A stretch of 11,480 nt of DNA from the NCBI GenBank assembly GCA_031285625.1, contig JAITVV010000027.1, forward strand, positions 1-11,480, in the 5' to 3' direction. Each line of letters begins with the position of its first letter. The stretch's first letter is position 1. Made by a program: the position numbers and the translations under genes. The notes under the pieces were generated by a model. It did not search any database, was not told the origin of the DNA, and saw only the letters and a program-made list of their open reading frames with translations. The DNA comes from Prevotella sp. GTDB taxonomy: Bacteria > Bacteroidota > Bacteroidia > Bacteroidales > Dysgonomonadaceae. This document shows, piece after piece, positions 8,247 through 11,480 of this stretch.

Positions 8247-9530
8247 ATGAAAAATTTGATATATTTATTATGTATGGTTGCGGTAGCCGTTTTCCTGTAT
8301 TCATGTTCGGGTGATGACGCTATTTTTGACGAATCTGCAGCAGACAGGACAAATGCCGCGGTAAAAGAATACCGGGAAATACTGTATTCCGCCCCCAACG
8401 GGTGGATTATGGAATATTACGCTTCCGTGGAACCCGATAAAATCGGAGGAATAGTATTCCTGTGTTCCTTTGACGAGAACGGTAATGTCACCATAGCTTC
8501 CGAGACAGGAAGCGGAGACGGGAAATATGCTCCTAAGGATAAGGAAACATCGCTTTACCAGGTCATTGCCGATCAGGGGCCTGTCTTGACTTTCGACACC
8601 TACAGCAGCCTGCTGCACGCATATTCCGAGCCCAAAGGCACATCGCAGATACACGGCATGATGGGTGATTATGAGTTTGTGATGGAAGAGGTTACTCCCG
8701 AAAAAATTGTTATGGCCGGAAAAAAATACGGCAACAAGATAGTAATGACAGCCATGAAAGCGGAGCAATCCTGGGACAGTTACCTCGATGATGTAATCGA
8801 AATGTCGGAGAACAACTATTTTCCCAAATACACTTTACTGATAAATAACAGTGAGGCGGCTACCGTAAGCGGTAGTTATGATACGCGCAAATGTACCTTT
8901 GCGCAGGGAAACGAACAGATAACCACGGAAAATATAATATATACTCCTGAGGGCTTCAAATTCTACAATCCGGTAACTATAGGAGACGTAACTTTTGAGA
9001 ATTTCAGATGGGACGCCGCTCAAAGTTCGTTTGTATGTACCGATCAGGGCGCCAGTGTCGTTCTAAAAGGATATTATCCGGATGGTTATAAGGATTACCA
9101 GGCCTATACCGGAATATACACGTTCAATTATAGTGACCTTAACGGAGCTGTCCATAATCTCGAAGTGGAAGTACAGGAACTGGAAAACGGGGGAAGCTAT
9201 CTGATAGCCGGAGCCGGAGATTTTGACTTCGTAGCTGGTTACAACCGCGAGACCGGGCGCCTGTCTATTACATCCCAGTATATAACCAATTATGCATCAG
9301 TATATGAGATTTACCTGTATAACTGGCTCGGAGGTTATTCTATCGATAGCGGCAGTTCCAACCTTTACGAAGGAATCGTTACCAGCGACGTGCCTCTTGT
9401 AATGGAGTTCCGCAGTAACAATCCCGGGTCCGGACATGTGGGATTCGTATATATAGCTGTACAGGGCAGTACTCCATACCTTTGGGCTGAAGAAGCGTTC
9501 TTTACAAATGTAGTTATGACTAAAAAATAA
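8247..9530 (+). CDS. DUF4302 domain-containing lipoprotein with an extra C-terminal domain
   Basis: 427 aa. Lipobox LYSC; IFDESAADR, L.SAPNGWIMEYY, GPVLTFDTYS.LLH.YSEP, GDYEFV and GKKYGNKIVM are characteristic of DUF4302, the usual neighbour of this peptidase family. Confidence 0.9.
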   Translation: MKNLIYLLCMVAVAVFLYSCSGDDAIFDESAADRTNAAVKEYREILYSAPNGWIMEYYASVEPDKIGGIVFLCSFDENGNVTIASETGSGDGKYAPKDKETSLYQVIADQGPVLTFDTYSSLLHAYSEPKGTSQIHGMMGDYEFVMEEVTPEKIVMAGKKYGNKIVMTAMKAEQSWDSYLDDVIEMSENNYFPKYTLLINNSEAATVSGSYDTRKCTFAQGNEQITTENIIYTPEGFKFYNPVTIGDVTFENFRWDAAQSSFVCTDQGASVVLKGYYPDGYKDYQAYTGIYTFNYSDLNGAVHNLEVEVQELENGGSYLIAGAGDFDFVAGYNRETGRLSITSQYITNYASVYEIYLYNWLGGYSIDSGSSNLYEGIVTSDVPLVMEFRSNNPGSGHVGFVYIAVQGSTPYLWAEEAFFTNVVMTKK

Positions 9531-9534
9531 AAAT

Positions 9535-10623
9535 ATGAAACTGTTTAATATATATATCGGAATAATCTGCTGCATATTCGCGGCAGGTTGTTCCAACGAC
9601 GATAAATATGCAGAGATAGAAGAACTGAAAATCTTGCGTTCGGATGTGATATTCGACGCGAACGGAGGTTCAAATACCATAGAGATCGCTAATGTAAGCG
9701 GCAATGCGTTAACAGCCCAATCCGAAGACGAATGGTGTACTGTCAATGTATCAGGAAACGCTGTTAATGTAAACGTATCTCCGAATAACTTGCTGATGGG
9801 CAGATCGACCCGGGTACATATTACCGATGGAAGCAGATCCGTGTCAGTACCTGTGACTCAGACAGCGGGAGTGTTCGGTATACTTGATAATAAGGACGAA
9901 TTGCTTTTCTCCCTCAAGGGAGGTTCCGATAAGCTTACTATCGATTTCCATACACTTCCGGTTACAGTTGAAGGTACTCCCGACTGGCTGTCCTATCAGA
10001 TCGATGAAATCGACGGAGATATTACCATTATCTTTACGGCCGCCCCTTCATCCAAACCAAGGATGGAAAATATTGTCGTAAAATCAGGGGCTGTCAGTAT
10101 AACTATTGCCGCGAAGCAGTCGGTAATACCGTACGAATCTTATATAGGAACATACAAAATGGAATATCAGGACGATACCTTTACTTCTGCAAGTTCTGTC
10201 TGGGTTATTGAAGAAAAGGAAGCCGGCAAGAATTATACCGTAACCTGCGAAGCCATGGATCTGCCTTTCCAACTGGATTATGACGAAACCGACGGCACAA
10301 TCCTTGTACATCCGCAAAAAATGGGACGCGGAAGCTATTTTAACTTCAACTCCTTTGAGTTTGAAGAAGACGATTTCTATCTCGGGCTTTGGGGACTGGT
10401 AAATATGACTTCTCCAACGATCGAGCCGGGTGCGGCATATAAAGGTGCCTGGACGGGATCCGATGAATTTGAAATAGCGTTTACCGATGGTGGAGGATGG
10501 GACTATCCTCTTGAAATGATTAACTTCGTTTATATTGAAGATGAAACCGGAAATTATGGCAATGACTATTATAATGCGAATGGTGGAGCTATGTATACAG
10601 ATATAGTCATAACGAAGCAATAG
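9535..10623 (+). CDS. Lipoprotein with two BACON (Ig-like) domains and an unnamed C-terminal domain
   Basis: 362 aa, 4 bp after the previous stop. Lipobox AAGC. Two BACON-like units: FDANGGS...EWCTV...VSPN...R...VPVTQ and FSLKGGS...PDWLS...PR...IAAKQ. Confidence 0.85.
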   Translation: MKLFNIYIGIICCIFAAGCSNDDKYAEIEELKILRSDVIFDANGGSNTIEIANVSGNALTAQSEDEWCTVNVSGNAVNVNVSPNNLLMGRSTRVHITDGSRSVSVPVTQTAGVFGILDNKDELLFSLKGGSDKLTIDFHTLPVTVEGTPDWLSYQIDEIDGDITIIFTAAPSSKPRMENIVVKSGAVSITIAAKQSVIPYESYIGTYKMEYQDDTFTSASSVWVIEEKEAGKNYTVTCEAMDLPFQLDYDETDGTILVHPQKMGRGSYFNFNSFEFEEDDFYLGLWGLVNMTSPTIEPGAAYKGAWTGSDEFEIAFTDGGGWDYPLEMINFVYIEDETGNYGNDYYNANGGAMYTDIVITKQ

Positions 10624-11079
10624 AAAATGGAATTTTTGAATATTGGTCAATAGTGAAGTCAATACAAACGCTCAGTTCTACAAAAGGAATAGTATCTATC
10701 TTTTAATCAGATGAAATATGAGCGGTTTATTTGAAATAACTGAAGCTAGGTCGATTCCATAAATAATACACCTTAAGGGGAGAGTTTTCAGTTTTAAAGA
10801 ACCAGAGTGGTTACTGATAAGTCACCGCTCTCCCCGAACGGATGTCTACTGGAACTTACCAGGATACAATGAACTATGAACTATTAAGGGATACCGGGAT
10901 ATCTTGGGTATTAAATGTAGAGCCAGTGTAATGCAATGAAACAGATTGGATAAATTCTACCTCTTCTTCTATGGACAAAATATCGTAAGGAAGAATGGAG
11001 CCTGTGTAAGGATCTCGCCTGCCGAACGCATTAATAAGGGTGGGCGGAGGTTCCCTATAATAAAAGAAGAGGTTGAAAA

Positions 11080-11153
11080 TACGCAAAAATATGATCCATA
11101 ATTCATTCGCTCCGTTTGGGTATAATCCTCAAACGGAGTGTTTATGAAAATCG
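11080..11153. repeat. Hairpin-containing dispersed repeat, copy 2, same orientation as 755-828; may continue to about 11320
   Basis: Stem CGCTCCGTTTG (11108-11118) / CAAACGGAGTG (11130-11140); 44/48 identity to 781-828. Confidence 0.8.
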
Positions 11154-11420
11154 TCATGCGAAAGATTTTCCCGAAGTGTACATTTGTACGCTTCGTTTTT
11201 TCCGGAGGGTGCTTAGCCCGTACGTAGCGGAATGGCAAAACTCCTGCACGGCTTTTGCAACTTGTTACCAGTCAGTAGTTATCCACATTTTGATATATTC
11301 GGCGAGAAAAATAAACTACCTTCTCATCTGCTGTGTTTTCTTAGGTTCGTTTACTTTAATTGTAAGCCTCCCGTCAAGTGCATGTTGCCAGGCTACAAAC
11401 CATTCGCAGGGGGCAAGTCA

Positions 11421-11460
11421 ATACAAAAAGAGGCCGGAGATGTAGCTCCGGCCTTAGTTT
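11421..11460 (-). terminator. Rho-independent terminator, probably for a minus-strand gene beyond the right edge; possibly bidirectional
   Basis: Perfect 9 bp stem AGGCCGGAG (11431-11439) / CTCCGGCCT (11446-11454) with a 6 nt loop. The A-tract at 11425-11429 gives a U-tail on the minus strand; TAGTTT follows on the plus strand. Confidence 0.75.
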
Positions 11461-11480
11461 ATATGATATATAATGATGAG

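Noticed and set aside
2941-10662. Antisense and alternate-frame ORFs overlapping the five operon genes (also 127-695 in the first gene)
   Set aside because: Shadow ORFs of well-supported + strand genes, with no independent domain signal.
10661-10733. CGCTCA/TGAGCG inverted pair after the last operon gene as a terminator
   Set aside because: Only 6 bp of perfect pairing across a 44 nt loop; too weak to call.
781-11153. CRISPR array or IS interpretation of the palindromic repeats
   Set aside because: Only two copies 10.3 kb apart, with no spacers, cas genes or transposase in the window.

Overview
Bacteroidota DNA (A-rich translation starts without Shine-Dalgarno motifs, SusC/SusD genes). The window opens with the 3' end of a probable GH20 beta-N-acetylhexosaminidase (Fn3-associated plus PA14 domains). 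A 1.7 kb AT-rich gap follows, then a tight five-gene + strand operon: SusC-like TonB-dependent transporter, SusD-like lipoprotein, HExxH zinc-metallopeptidase lipoprotein, DUF4302 lipoprotein and a double-BACON lipoprotein. The operon has no CAZyme and no regulator, so it looks like a protein/peptide or glycoprotein uptake locus. Features not shown by the ORF track: (i) a 22/24 bp inverted repeat just upstream of susC; (ii) an orphan terminator, a perfect 24 bp palindrome preceded by two coupled mini-ORFs and a competing pairing arm; (iii) a stop-interrupted minus-strand gene remnant at 1237-1545; (iv) a shared, unnamed C-terminal domain in the last two lipoproteins; (v) two direct copies of a hairpin repeat (44/48 core identity) bracketing the 10.3 kb block. 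Family assignments come from motif recognition, not from searches.
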